Below, piece by piece: positions 40,935 through 56,093 of a stretch of 64,000 nt of DNA; the first letter of the stretch is position 1; every line of letters starts with the position of its first letter. The stretch comes from the human T2T-CHM13v2.0 reference genome, Homo sapiens. The notes beneath the pieces were generated by a model that ran no database searches, was not told the origin of the DNA, and saw only the letters and a program-made list of their open reading frames with translations. The DNA lies in the NCBI RefSeq assembly GCF_009914755.1, contig NC_060928.1. One strand, given 5' to 3'. A program made the translations under genes and the position numbers.

Positions 40935-43521
40935 CTAGTGGAAAATAATATAAAACATTATTTTAAATGTCTTAACACATCTATGACAGCAATATTCTAA
41001 CTAAACCTGAACTGATATGCTGATAATTTTTTTTTTTTGAGACAGAGTCTCTCTCTGTTGCCCAGGCTGGAGTGCAGTCGTGCGATCTTGGCTCACTGCA
41101 ACCTCCTCCTCCTCCCAGGTTCAAGCAGTTCTCCTGCCTCAGCCTCCTAAGTAGCTGGGATTACAGATGTGTGCCACCATGCCTGGCTAATTTTTGTATT
41201 TTTAGTAGAGACGGGGTTTCACCCCGTTGGTCAGGCTGGTCTTGAACTCCTGACCTTGTGATTCACCTGCCTTGGCCTCCCAAAGTGCTGGGATTACAGG
41301 CGTGAGCCACCACACCCGGCACTAGTAGTATTTTTTAAGAAGAAGGAATTAAAGCAGATTGCTTCATAAAACAGACCACAGACCAAACTCTAAAGAACCA
41401 TTCTCTATTCTCATATCTCTTCATTAAGAGCAAAGAGCAAACGGTTTCTCAAATTTGAAAATATAACAGTATTTATAGTTATCCTTCCACTTGCACTTTT
41501 TTTTTTAAATAGCAGGAAGACTGTCACAGACTATGCAACAAAGTTGGGAAAATCTTCTATCTTTCTTAACATACCATCATATTAAGATACTGCATATGGT
41601 ACTGAAGGGGGTATCAGGAAGGATACAGGATGGAAACTAAAGTTTCAAGAGTATAACAACTGTATCACTGGGCACTGTGGTGCGTCTCTACAATCCCAGC
41701 TACTCGGGAGATTAATAGGAGGATTAATAGGAGGATTGCTTGAGCCCAGGAGTTTGAGACCAGCCTGGGCAACACGGCAAGACCCTGTCTCAAAAACAAA
41801 CAAAACAAAACAAAACAACATTATGATGACAAAAAAGCTTTGTAAAGTGATCAAGCCAATGATGCGCAGGTCTTACCTTCATGGCATACTGTTTACCCTA
41901 TCGTAACCTAAAAGTTCGGCAACTTAATATTTTCAATGGAACCTAACAAGATGGACATTGGCTTGAACTTAAATCTTCTTTTAGGCTAGACAAAATTAAC
42001 ACTGTCATCTAAAAATATCAGAAAGAAAAGTAGTCTGGGGGCAGTAATTTAAAATAGGTGTTCACCACATTCTTCCATGTAGCTCTTCATACTATCATAA
42101 ATTGTTGTCAACAAAAGAAGAGAGCCAAAGAAAGGCACTAGGACAAAGACTGATACCAAAAAAAGGGCAATGCAACAAGTGTTTGGATATCAGACTGAAG
42201 CAGCAAACAACAGAGATCTATGTTAACATAACAAGATATGTAAGTCAAATATTTATTGTCTAAAAGAATGCAGAGCAGAAAGGTGGTAAATATTTATTTG
42301 AAAGAATATGGGTTTTTTTTTTTTTTGTATTTTATTTTTCTTAGAGATGGGGTCTCACTCATAGCTCACTGCAGCCTCAATCTCCCTGGCTCAAGCAATC
42401 TTCTTGCCTCAGCTTCCACGGTAACTGGGACTACAGATAGGCACCATGATACCTGGCTAATTCTTTTTTATTTTTAGTAGAGACAAGGTCTCACCATGTT
42501 GGCCAGGCTGGTCTCAAACTCCTGAGCTCAAGCAATCCTCCCACCTTGGCCTCCCAAGGGATATGTTTTTTCTTATCAACATATGACATGTACAAGAATT
42601 TCTATTAGCCTATAAAGTCACCCAGAACGGAGACCATGTCTTGATTTTACTCAATAATCACAGTACTTAACCCAACAGGAACTTATTAACTTGATTACTT
42701 AACTGAATAAATTTAAATGTTTACACAGAATGATTAAGGCCTGAAAATTGACATACAGTAAGTAATGCCTTAAAACCAAACATTTTTATCAACATTTACT
42801 TACCAGTAAATTTAAGTGTTCAAACAGATAATTACTGAATGACATTTCCTATCCCACTAGCTTAAAATTAATGATGGGTTTCCAGGCAGACAGTGGGAGT
42901 CTCGATGAAAACAATGAGAGACTGGCAGGCAGGTAGGCTTTGGGGGACAGGGTACCAGAGAAAAACTGCTGTAGATGAGAAGTGGGCTCCTCAATATATG
43001 TAAAAATCCCTCACAGGTTTTTGGCTAACTCCTAAACTGGCACTTTCAGAGCGTAACTCTGGTTGGCCTAACAGAGAAGAACAGCTAAGCCAAAACTTGC
43101 AACTGCCCAGTATTTGTGAAACGTAAGCAGAACGGGTGCAGGGACTTATGTCTGTAATTGCAGCACTTTGAGAGGCCAAGGCGAGAGGACTGCTTGAGTC
43201 CAGGAGTTCGAAAACAGCCTCAGCAAGTGAGACCCAGTGAAGAAAGGGGAAGAAAGAAAAAGAAACAATCCTCTTTCTCTCTCTCTCTCAAGTCTTTGGA
43301 CATACAGGAATTAAAAGCAAGTTATCACTCAGGAAAAACATATTCAGTTCCTAGAATTTTAAAGTGTTATTTTGAATTAAAATAAAAGTCCCACTGTAAG
43401 TAACTGATTACTATAGTCTTCATATCAAGAACACATAATCGGCCGGGCATGGTGGCTCACGCCTGTAATCCCAGCACTTTGGGAGGTCAAGGCAAGTGCA
43501 CCACCTGAGCTCAGGAGTTCA

Positions 43522-43791
<270 letters not shown>

Positions 43792-45764
43792 TTAAATATG
43801 TGTGTATGTATGAATCAGTAAGTATACTAATTTAAAATCTTTAGTCTTCACTTTTAAACATACTAGATTTTAAAACGAATGATGTGAAATACCATAAAAA
43901 TTTTTATTGGGCATAGACAGTCATCTTTTCGTATGATCTATATGGGAACTAAAAAATATTTCAAGAAACAAGTTCTATTTTAAGGTATCTAACCTTATTT
44001 TTAAGATTGCTTCCTATAGACACTAAATAGTTTTAAGTTTACATTCAGTTTAAAAACAAAACTCTACTGCAAAATCCTACCATATTCCTCTCTCTACTCT
44101 CTTAGGCTAGTGTTCTCTCAATGAGCAAATTTCACTGGAAATTACATCCTAAATGACCGATCTCAGGTTCTATCAGGGAATTTAAAAAAAAAAAAAAGGA
44201 AAAAAAATTAAATGACCAGTATTTCTAGGTTTATAAACTACTTGGACAAAAAAGTAAAGGCTAATTTAGCAGATTATGGCTAATCTCAAAGTAGTCAAAC
44301 ACATTTTTACCCTAAAATAGGCAATCTTCCCTTGAAAAAGCATCGTGTAACGAATTTTAGGTGGGTAGAATAGGGAGTAAGAGCGAGGCCATGGGATGGT
44401 GCTGTGTTCATCCAGGTAGTGACCAATGTGGCTGAAAGAGAGGGTTCATGAAACCAAAGAGCTAGAATGGTAGGTTGGAGTGAGACTGTTAAAGGCCTCA
44501 AAGGTCAGGCTAAAAGTGTACCTTTCATCTTGGGGGCAATGAAAGCCATTAACTAGAAGGTCAAAGAGATTAAATACAAATGGCAAGTGAGGGAAGAGAA
44601 AAAGATAACCAATTTGAGAGCAAAGTATTAAACCTGGTTTAAGATTTGCTGAGTTTATCAGCTTCAAATAAAAATGTTCAGTATTGTAATTTAGCAAACC
44701 CAGGGCTGAATAAACTGTCATAGCAACAAGAGAAAGTTGAAAGCGAAGAAAAAAAGCAAGCAAGGGTGAGAAAAGTCTAACAACTGGCTGCAAAGAATGT
44801 CAGGTAGCTTTTTACTACATTCTGCAAAAATTAGCACAGGTATAATATTAATCTTACAGGACAATCCTAATATTATAGAGGTAAATATTTCCCAGATCTA
44901 GCATCATTCTGTGGTGTTTTCAATAAATCTGACTAAACTTTAGGTTCTCCTCATCATGTTCAAGTCTACATTGCTTAAATTCCAAAACCATGATGTGCTT
45001 TTCCATAGTTTTGAACATTCAAGATTTCTCAGCAACTCTCAACCTAAATATACATATAAACCACTTCTAGAAATAATGATGAGCCTTTCCCCTCAGAATA
45101 CCCCATTTGTGTCCTCCATTACCTTCATTCAACAAATATCTACTTACTCACAGGAACTTCCAAAAAATTTTTTTCCAGGTTAAGACAAATCACCCAACAC
45201 CTTATTTGAAGTATGGAATAATCAGTAGTCCCTCTTGGCACTAATAATGGTTTGAACCAGTAACTCAAAGTATAGTCCACAGACTACTACTGCTGGTCCA
45301 CAAACTGGTTATGGTTGACAGTGAGGTTAAGTATAGAAATGCAAAGTAAACACTTTGAAAATCTGTAGCAATTTGACAATTTTGTATCTGCTGAAACTAA
45401 TCAAATTCAGGCTTACATATTGTATGCATGTCTTCATCTTTATCATTTTACAAAAGTATTATATTAGAAATTTTTAAAAAAAGGCCAGGCATGGTGGCTC
45501 ATCCCTGTAATCCCAACACCTTGGGAGGCCAAAGCAGGAGAATCTCTTGAGCCCAGGAGGCCAAAATAGGAGCATCACTTGAGTCCAGGAGTTCTAAGGC
45601 TGCGGTGAGCTATGATAGCACCACTGCATTCCAGCCTGGGTGACAGAGTAAGACTCTGTCTCTAAAAAATTAAATGAAATGAAACTTTAAAAACAAACAC
45701 AAACCAGATTGTCATCAGAATATGAGATGCACTGCTTCTGATCACACCCTCTAGAGCCATGTTC

Positions 45765-45945
45765 CCCATGTTGGAATCCCAGCTCTGCCATTCACAGCTG
45801 TAAAATTCAGAGCAAGTAACTTCCGTGGCCTCAGTTTCCTCATCTTAAAATGGGCATTGTGACATTTATCTCCTAGGATCACAATGGGGATTAAATGAAT
45901 TAAAAAATAAAAGCATTTAAACTGTCTGATACATGGGAAATGCAA
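45765..45945 (+). mobile_element. MIR SINE
   Basis: gaatcccagctctgcca...gcctcagtttcctcatcttaaaatggg core. Confidence 0.75.
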
Positions 45946-48331
45946 AATAAGGGTTGCTTTTTATAAAGTAGCTAAAAATGTTAAGTGAATGGTTACCTGG
46001 CTTGCCATTCTCCAAGTATTTATTCAGAGCAAACTATATGACCAGCCACTATGCTGAGTTGTTTCATATGATTTGTTTTAGAAAGAAAAAAATTTTTTAA
46101 ATTATATTTATCACTTTCCTCCTTCCTAAATTCCTTCTGATATATGTAGATATAGGTATTCCTCCCAGAACAATAATGATTAATGCAATATAAAGTCATT
46201 TTAAAGTAAATTGAAGTAAGGAAACCTACTTTTCCTACTTTTAAAGGTACTCCCAGATACCCTATTTCCCCTTTTCTGTACTGAAGGCATCATATCTTTG
46301 GCCTCATGAATGGCTAAAATATAGCATTGAGCTGCAACTATCTATTACCAAGGAACAGCATAAAGGACATTGAAATCAAGCATCAAAAAAGGCACAAAAA
46401 AGGGGGCTAGAGGGAGAAAGACATTCTATATCAGGCACATTTATTCACATACCATCTTCTGTGCTTCCAAATAATGCTGCAACTGACAGTCTGTATATAT
46501 CAGGCTCTGACTTCACTACTACAGTTTTCCTCTCATAACAGAAAAAGCAATCCCAGGTTTATCAGTCCCTGATGCACTAGGAGCCATACTGCAAAATGGG
46601 TAGCTCAACAAGACAGCCTGGATCCACCTCTAACCCCAACTTGATGAGTCCTTTAAGTCTTAAGATGAGTATGATAGGAGAAAACTTTCAGAGTACCATA
46701 GGGATTTAAGTGATCTAGGGTAAGTCCTTAAAATCCCTGTAAGGATCAGTTTCTTCCCTTGTAAAAAGTGCCGTGTGGGTTTTCATCAACAATCCAAGAG
46801 TTTGGCACTGAAGTGATCCATAACTGTCGGCTACCATGAGCAATCAGTACTTGAGATGACATTAATGTAAGAGTTTAGAAAGGTAAGAGCTGAGTAAATG
46901 CGGCATACTGAACTAGACTTCAAACTCTGGAGAAGTTCCAGTCCTTTAAATTTTAAGATGAGGAAAAAATTTTAAGAACAATAGAAGATAAATCACTAAC
47001 ATTCATATCCCAGTAATATCTGAACAAGGAGTGGTAACCTAAACTACCTAGGGTATGCTCTCTAAATTATTGTCCTGGCTCAATAATTTCTATCTATCCT
47101 CAGATCCTTACACCAGACCTTCCCCACCTTCACCCCACCCCCAATCATACACACAGTAAGTAGGGATATGAAAAGAGAAAGAACTCGTGATTAAGTTAGA
47201 AATAATTACCCAGATTACTGTTACCACACCTAAATAATTCTGATACCAACACTCTCCCCCTTCCTGATGACACAAAAATATAAACGTGTTCGGTCAATGC
47301 TACAGCACCAAATAATGGATAACAACATGATTGGTGACTCATATCCAGTAGTGCTTCCTTATATTACCCCTTCCTTCACTTTCTGTAGCTGAACTGGAAA
47401 ACCAGCTGTGTCCATATTAGAAATGTAAATGCTACATATGGCAAAGACAGCTGCAATTATTTCTACAAGGTACTAATACAACATTCTAGTAAATTGAAGT
47501 CACTATATTAAATAAAGGTATGAAATAATGAGCAGAAGGACAGACACAGTAAGAACAGAAAAGGATGGTGCTTTATGATTTTGAAAAGCTCACACCTCAT
47601 CCAAACTATGAGTTTTTACTTGATAGGGAACATTTACTAAGCAGTAACTACCAGGCCATGTGCTACATTATTTTCATACATATTATCTCAACATACTATA
47701 AATCATCTCAATATAGTCAATCTTCATAATCCCGTGAAACAACCATTATTCTCTCCACTCTTCAGACAAATCTGAAGTCCTGGAAAAGTAAACATGTCAT
47801 TTAAATCCAGGACTACCAGGGTTTACGGCTAAGAACACCACATGTCCTAGTTCTACCTGTTTGTTGTTTCAGTATAATTGTTAACAGAACTCTCACTCCC
47901 AAAGGTGGCCAGGACTGAATAATAAATTATATGGTTACAAAGATTCTCTTTCTAGGCAACATAAATCTATAATATATACTGTGCTCTGTTCTACAGCCTC
48001 AGGCTCAACACCTTTGCTCATCTTGCCAATGCATGTGACTGCCAATAAACTAGTAAAAAAGGCATGAATGGTACACCTCACCCTTCCTCCCAGACACACA
48101 AAAAAACCCACTACCAGGAAAAAAAGCAACTATATAGTGAGTTTGTATTATTATGCACAGCAGGACACTAAATACCCATTGGTCAAATATCTCACATATA
48201 CAGGTAAGTGTAAGTAAAAACCTCTTTTATGTGTACAAATAACTTTAATGAGAACATTATTTAATACAAATATGTAAACAGACTTCATACGTTTCTGTTC
48301 CTTGTAGTATCTACTGTTAGTTCTCAGTTTT

Positions 48332-48861
48332 GTCATTCATTTGACAAATTAAATCAGGCAAAGAAATGTACACAATCACATAAAAAGAATCACGTTCTCA
48401 CACTTGAACACACAGCAGTGGTCAAAAATAATGAAATGTAAACTGGACCCCATGATTTAATGCAAAAAACACCCTGTACATAAAAGTTTCAGGCTTCTAA
48501 CTCCACTGAATCCAGTACTAAATGTTCTTTATATTCCTCAGCTTCTTCCAAGTCCTTTTCACTTTCTAAAATCTGCCAAAGAACAGTATATGCAGCTTCC
48601 AACCTGTGCTGGCAAACAAGGCTTATCACCTGGGATTCTCGCAGACTTTCTGCCTGCTTTTTAATGGCATCATTTTCACCATCTTCAGCTCTCATTTTTT
48701 TTCTTTCCTTCTTGTTTTGCTTCTTTTTCATGCATCACTTTTTCTCGACCAACTGCTTCACCACAGGAGTCTTAATTTGTCTCAGGACAGGATCAGCCAT
48801 GGTCCCCCAAGCGCCATGAGAAGGGTGGGACAGAGAGCCAGGGTAATCATGGAGGAGGCGG
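48332..48861 (-). pseudogene. TBCAP3: TBCA (tubulin folding cofactor A) processed pseudogene in EIF4E intron 1, same orientation as EIF4E (probably TBCAP3)
   Basis: Intronless MADPVLRQIK-TPVVKQLV...MRAEDGENDAIKKQAESLRESQ...RLEAAY...EKDLEEAEEYKEHLVLDSVELEA*, closely matching TBCA (MADPRVRQIKIKTGVVKRLV...LDSVKLEA). ATG at 48800, premature TGA at 48737-48735, two compensating frameshifts. 5' and 3' UTR remnants are present, with a diverged 18-bp TSD at 48314-48331 and 48862-48879 (15/18 identical). Confidence 0.93.
48630..48731 (-). CDS. EIF4E: Putative pseudogene-derived alternative EIF4E coding exon (MKKKQNKKERKKMRAEDGENDAIKKQAESLRESQ, 34 aa)
   Basis: ATG at 48731, then 102 nt to TCCCAG|gtgata, a phase-0 donor compatible with the phase-0 acceptor of exon 2. 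34+211 = 245 aa. Confidence 0.55.
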
Positions 48862-49612
48862 CTGTCAGTCCTCAGTTCTTTTCAACAAACCATGCATTTC
48901 CTCACAGCACCCTCAAATATGTAAATTAGTATAATTAATTAACTAGTACACAAGAACAAATATAGTCTTACCACCTGTCTTGTAAGAAATAAAAAATTTG
49001 GTGAAAACACTGAAAAACTGCCTCAGGCTATTAAACTGTTTTGGTTTTTAGCTTTCAAACATCTATTTACAGTAAAGGAATACCAGCTAATCTGGCATCA
49101 CTCATGAAAGTGTGGCTGTGGATTTTGCAGTCTTCCTTATCTGTAATAAAGGATCAAAACTATGACTTTTATACTCCTCCCTTAACCGAGAAAGTTGAAA
49201 TAAAAAACACATGGAGATTTAGCAAAATACAAATCTTTCAACATTAAAACACTGCTCACATGGAAAAAATTTTTTCATGTAAAAGTCCCTGAGACATCAT
49301 ATATCAATCATGATTCAAAAGACAGTACTTCTTAAAGTGCTTTTCAATTAATATAAAATGGCAACTAAACAATAACAAAAAATCACTAGTAACTGGATTA
49401 CTAAAGAGTTGTGATGATGTGTACAAATTGTGCAGTGTCCAAAAATACTACAAAAATTCAATAGCTGTTTATTTAAATAATAACCTAAATACTTGATCAA
49501 AATAAGTAGCACTAACTCATGAGTGAATAGAGCTGATTAAGTTTGTTGGGCTATAGCTAAATATTTACATTTCTGGATACTCAGCAAGCTATACTTGAAC
49601 ACATTTTATTAA

Positions 49613-49901
<289 letters not shown>

Positions 49902-49920
49902 TGAACTCCTCCTGACCTCA

Positions 49921-50073
<153 letters not shown>

Positions 50074-50450
50074 TCACTGCAACTTCCATCTCCTGGGTTC
50101 AAGCAGTTCTCTACCTCAGCCTCCCAAGTAGCTGGGATTACAGGCGCCTGCCACCACGCCCGGCTAATTTTTGTATTTTTAGTACAGACAGGGGTTTCAC
50201 CATCTTGGCCAGACTGGTCTTGAACTCCTGACCTCGTGATTCACCCGCCTCGGCCTCCCAAAGTGCTGGGATTACAGGTGTGAGCCACCGCGCCCAGCAC
50301 ATTCTTAACTACTAGAAAGAGTTGTAGGAGGCTGGGAACACTGGCTCACACCTGTAATCCCAGCACTTTGGGAGGCCGAGGCGGGTGGAGCATCTGAGGT
50401 TGGGAGTTTGAGACCAGCCTGACCAACATGGAGAAATCCCATCTCTACTA

Positions 50451-50651
<201 letters not shown>

Positions 50652-51041
50652 TCACCTTTTAACATTTTAAAATAAATTTTTTTAAAGAACATTCTTAAGG
50701 GAGCACTAACATGTACCTACTGATCAAATTACTTTGCACATATTATATAGCTTAAGCCAACATCACAAATTCAGTCTGGGTTTGGGGAGGTGATAACACA
50801 GACACAAGAAATAACAGATGTGTGATCTAGGATGACAAGGCTAATGATAAAATTTAAATGTCACTACTATTTAAACCAAAGGCTACCAGAAGATTCATAA
50901 TTTAAAATAACTAGAAAAATTTACAGGCCGGGCACAGTGGCTCACGCATATAATCCCAGCACTTTGGGAGGTCGAGGCGGGCGGATCACGAGGTCAGGAG
51001 TTCAAGACCCACATGACTAACATGGTGAAACCCCATCTCTA

Positions 51042-51239
<198 letters not shown>

Positions 51240-51940
51240 TTACATACGGCCAGGCACGGTGGCTCATGCCTGTAATCCCAACACTTTGGGAGGCCAACAC
51301 GGGTGGATCATGAGGTCAGGAAATTGAGACCATCCTGGCCAACATAGTGAAACCCAGCCGCTACTAAAAAATACAAAAATTAGCTGGGCGTGGTGGTGCA
51401 TGCCTGTAATCCCAGCTACGAAGGAGGCTGAGGCAGGAGAATCGCTTGAACCAGGGAATCAGAGATTGCAGTGAGCTGAGATCGCACCACTGCACTCCAG
51501 CATAGCGAAAGCAAGACTCCATCTCAAAAAAAAAACCACAAAGAAAAGAAAAATTTACATACGTTGAACATTATGCAAAAGTAAAAAAATGATTCAAAAT
51601 ATATCAACACTAAAATGGCATTACAACCAGTGCACAAAACTGTTGACTGCAGTAACATGATAATTTCCATTTCAATTATTCCTTAAAGCTTTATAAGAAG
51701 TATTTGAAAGGCAAATCTTTTAAAGAATTTAACTGCTATTTAAACGTTTATACATTTTAAAACTTAGAAAACATAACTAAAATTTCATGATACTAAATTC
51801 TAGTTTTTTAAAAAAATCAATCTTTACATGTCACAGTTCAAACAAATGAGCAGTTACTGTTAAAATTCTATGTGTTTTGCCGGGTGTGGTGGCTCACGCC
51901 TGTAATCCCAGCATTTTGGGAGGCCGAGGCAGGCGGATCA

Positions 51941-52204
<264 letters not shown>

Positions 52205-52397
52205 TTATAATTTCAATGTAAACTGTAGCTTTAATAAGGTCATTTTGTTTTCTGTAACAACTTCTTATCCAACAAATTTTTTTTTTCTTCTTTTCTTGCC
52301 TTCAGAGGAGGGTATCACTATTACTTAGGCTGGAGTGCAGGGGTGCAATCACAGCTCACTGCAGCCTCAAACTCCTAGGCTCAAGAGACGATACTGA

Positions 52398-52604
<207 letters not shown>

Positions 52605-53389
52605 TGAAGAAATATATACCTTAAAAAAATTTACAAAACCAGGTATAGTCATCAGTTTCATATGTTCCCAGGATTACAGAGTGGAATACAACCTTCTATT
52701 TACTTAGTTTAAGTTTTACTTAATTTAAGTTAAACTATCAAGCTTCCAAACGTAAAAGGATCTACTGAGTTCCAAGCCAAAACTAAATGGGAAAATAGAA
52801 AAATAATAAAATTAAAATAAAAACATCTACATTCTTTAACCTAGTAATTAGACTTCTAAGAGACAACACATCTATCAACAGATATAACCAAAAGGTAACA
52901 GATAAACAAACCACGGCGTTTATGATGTAAGCACTAAACATGTTTGTAAAAATTACTTTAAAACTAATACAAATGTGGAGAAAAGCAGATTACAGAACCA
53001 TATAAAAATGAGCACTTAAAAAAAAAAAAAGGCCAGGCACGGTGGCTCACACCTGTAATCCCAGCACTTTGAGGCCGAGGTGGGCGGATCACGAGGTCAG
53101 GAGTTTAAGACCAGCCTGGCCAACATGGTGAAACCTCGTCTCTACTAAAAATACAAAAATTAGCCAGGCGTGGTGGCGCATGCCTGTAATCCCAGCTACT
53201 TGGGAGGCTGAGGCAGGAGAATCACTTGAACCCAGGAGGAGGAGGTTGCAGGTTGCAGTGACCTGAGACCGTGCCACTGCACTCCAGCCTGGCAACAGAG
53301 CCAGACTCCGTCTCAAAAAAAAAAAAAAAAAAAAAAAAAAAGCACTTTTTTTTTTTGCTTTTGACCTATTTTAAGAAGTCCTAAATAAA

Positions 53390-53900
53390 CTGTAGTGCAT
53401 CCAGAAAATGAAACATTGCTGAATGCTAAAATAAAATGAGTTATCAAGCCATAAAAAGACGTAGAAGGAACTTAAATGTATATTACTAAGTGAAAGAAGC
53501 TAAGCTGAAAAGGCTACATACTGTATGATTCTAACTCTGTGACACTCTGGAAAAGACAAAAAGATCAGTGGTTGGTGGGGAGGGTATAAACAAGCAGAAC
53601 AGAGGATTTTTAGGGCTTAGTAAAATTATTCTGCACGATATTATAACCGCAGATACATGTCATTTTACATTTGACAAAACCCACAGACTGTACAACATCA
53701 GGAGTGAACCCTAATGTAAAGTATGAACTTTGGGTGACAATAACGTCAATTTAGGTTCATCAATTCTAACAAATGTGCCATTCTGTTGTAGGATGTTGAC
53801 ACTGGGAAAGCTGTACCTGCACCGGGGCAAGGAGTAAGTTACGGGAACTGTCTTTTCTGCTCAGTTTTGCTCCGAACCTAAAACTGCTCTAAGAAAATTA
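53390..53900 (+). mobile_element. L1MC-type 3' end fragment
   Basis: aagtgaaagaagc...aaggctacatactgtatgattc...gtgaaccctaatgtaaa...gaacctaaaactgctctaa. Confidence 0.75.
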
Positions 53901-54446
53901 AGTAGTTAGTTTTTGAGACAGGGTCCCGCTCTGATGCCCAGGCTGGAGTGCAGTGGCACAATCACAGCTCACTGAAGTCTCGACCTCCAGGGCTCAATCA
54001 ATCCTCCCGCCTCAGCCTTCTGAGTAGCTGGGACTACAGGCACATGCCACCACACCCAGCTAGTTTTTTGTATTAATATTTTTAGTAGAGACAGGGTTTC
54101 ATCATGTTGCCTAGGCTGGTCTTGAACTCCTGGGCTTAAGCAATTCACCTGCCTCAGCCTCCCAAAGTGCTTCAGGTTTCAGGCATGAGCTACGCACACA
54201 AACCCGGCCGAAAATTAAGTATTTAAAAGGGAAAAAGAAAAGGTACGAAGAAGGATATGGTTAAAAAAAAAAAGAGAAGTTCACAAACAAGTGAACCAAA
54301 ATATTACCAGAGAACACCTAGTTGTTGAGATTACAGATTATTTTTTCACAATGATCTAAATGTTCAAAATGTATTATAACAAAGTTATATTAAAGCCCAA
54401 ATAAACATCTGAAACTACTCCTGGACTGCTCAGTGTATTCCAATAA

Positions 54447-55154
<708 letters not shown>

Positions 55155-55289
55155 CTACGTACTTCCTCAAAGGAATAAGTTAAGATTTTGCATGTATATA
55201 ACAATTACAGGAAGCTATAAAAATGAACATTCAGAGGACAAAAAAAAAAAAAAAAGGAAGAGAAGGAGGATGGGAGGGAGAAAATAAAT

Positions 55290-55800
55290 ACCTGGAAATT
55301 CAAAATGAATGGAAACTTAAAATGAAGGTTGAAAAATAAATGAAATTTCCCAGAGAACTAGTCCAAGAGATCTAATATCTGAGTAACTGTTTCAAAGAGA
55401 AAAAAGAGGAGAATTACCAATAAACCTATGAGAAGTGATGGACATGAGTGGCCATATTAAAAATGCCCAATGAGTACACAGTACAATGGATGAAAACAGA
55501 CTTATACTAAGGTATATTATTGTGAAATAAGGACAAGAAAAAGAATCTACAAATTATAGGGAGTGAGGGTGAGAGAGCAACAGGTCACACTAAAAAATAA
55601 TTTTTAGCTACCAGAATAATTTCAGACTCATCAGCAGCTACAACAGAAGTCCACCATGAAACTTGACTTCAGAATCCTGAAGAATTCTATGTCCAGCCAA
55701 ACTACAGGTATGACACTTAATATTCAAGGCCTCAAAAATTTTTTTACTATGTACTTTTTCTCAAAAAACTGCTGGAGATCTGGCCCACCAACGTGAGATA
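55290..55800 (+). mobile_element. Very old L1-related (HAL1/L1ME) remnant
   Basis: Purine-rich sequence with ORF1-like motifs (tcagactcatcagcagc, gaattctatgtccagccaaacta). Confidence 0.4.
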
Positions 55801-56034
55801 AGAAACCAAATAACAGGAAGATAAAGGGCACAGCAAATGGAAGGGTGGAACACAAAAGTCAAATGAAAGAATCAGGAACATGGTAAAAGGAGATCCAGGG
55901 AAGACAAATGTTTACCATATATAAAGGGCAGCAGTCCAGATTGGAGCAATGTGATTCAGGTGAATGTGACTGGAGCAATGTGATTTAATGGCTGCTATGA
56001 TTAAAATGCCTATTTTTATTATTCTACCTTTTCT

Positions 56035-56036
<2 letters not shown>

Positions 56037-56088
<52 letters not shown>
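56037..56088 (+). repeat. (AC)26 microsatellite
   Basis: Uninterrupted AC run. Confidence 0.97.

Positions 56089-56093
<5 letters not shown>

Noticed and set aside
41710-41737. Tandem gattaataggag duplication in an Alu monomer, and (ccgcct)n in the Alu at ~40396-40420
   Set aside because: Ordinary slippage duplications with no evidence of function.
48489-48731. 80-aa ORF as a functional TBCA retrogene
   Set aside because: It lacks the TBCA N-terminal helix because of a premature stop and frameshifts. It is treated as a pseudogene apart from the possible exonised part.
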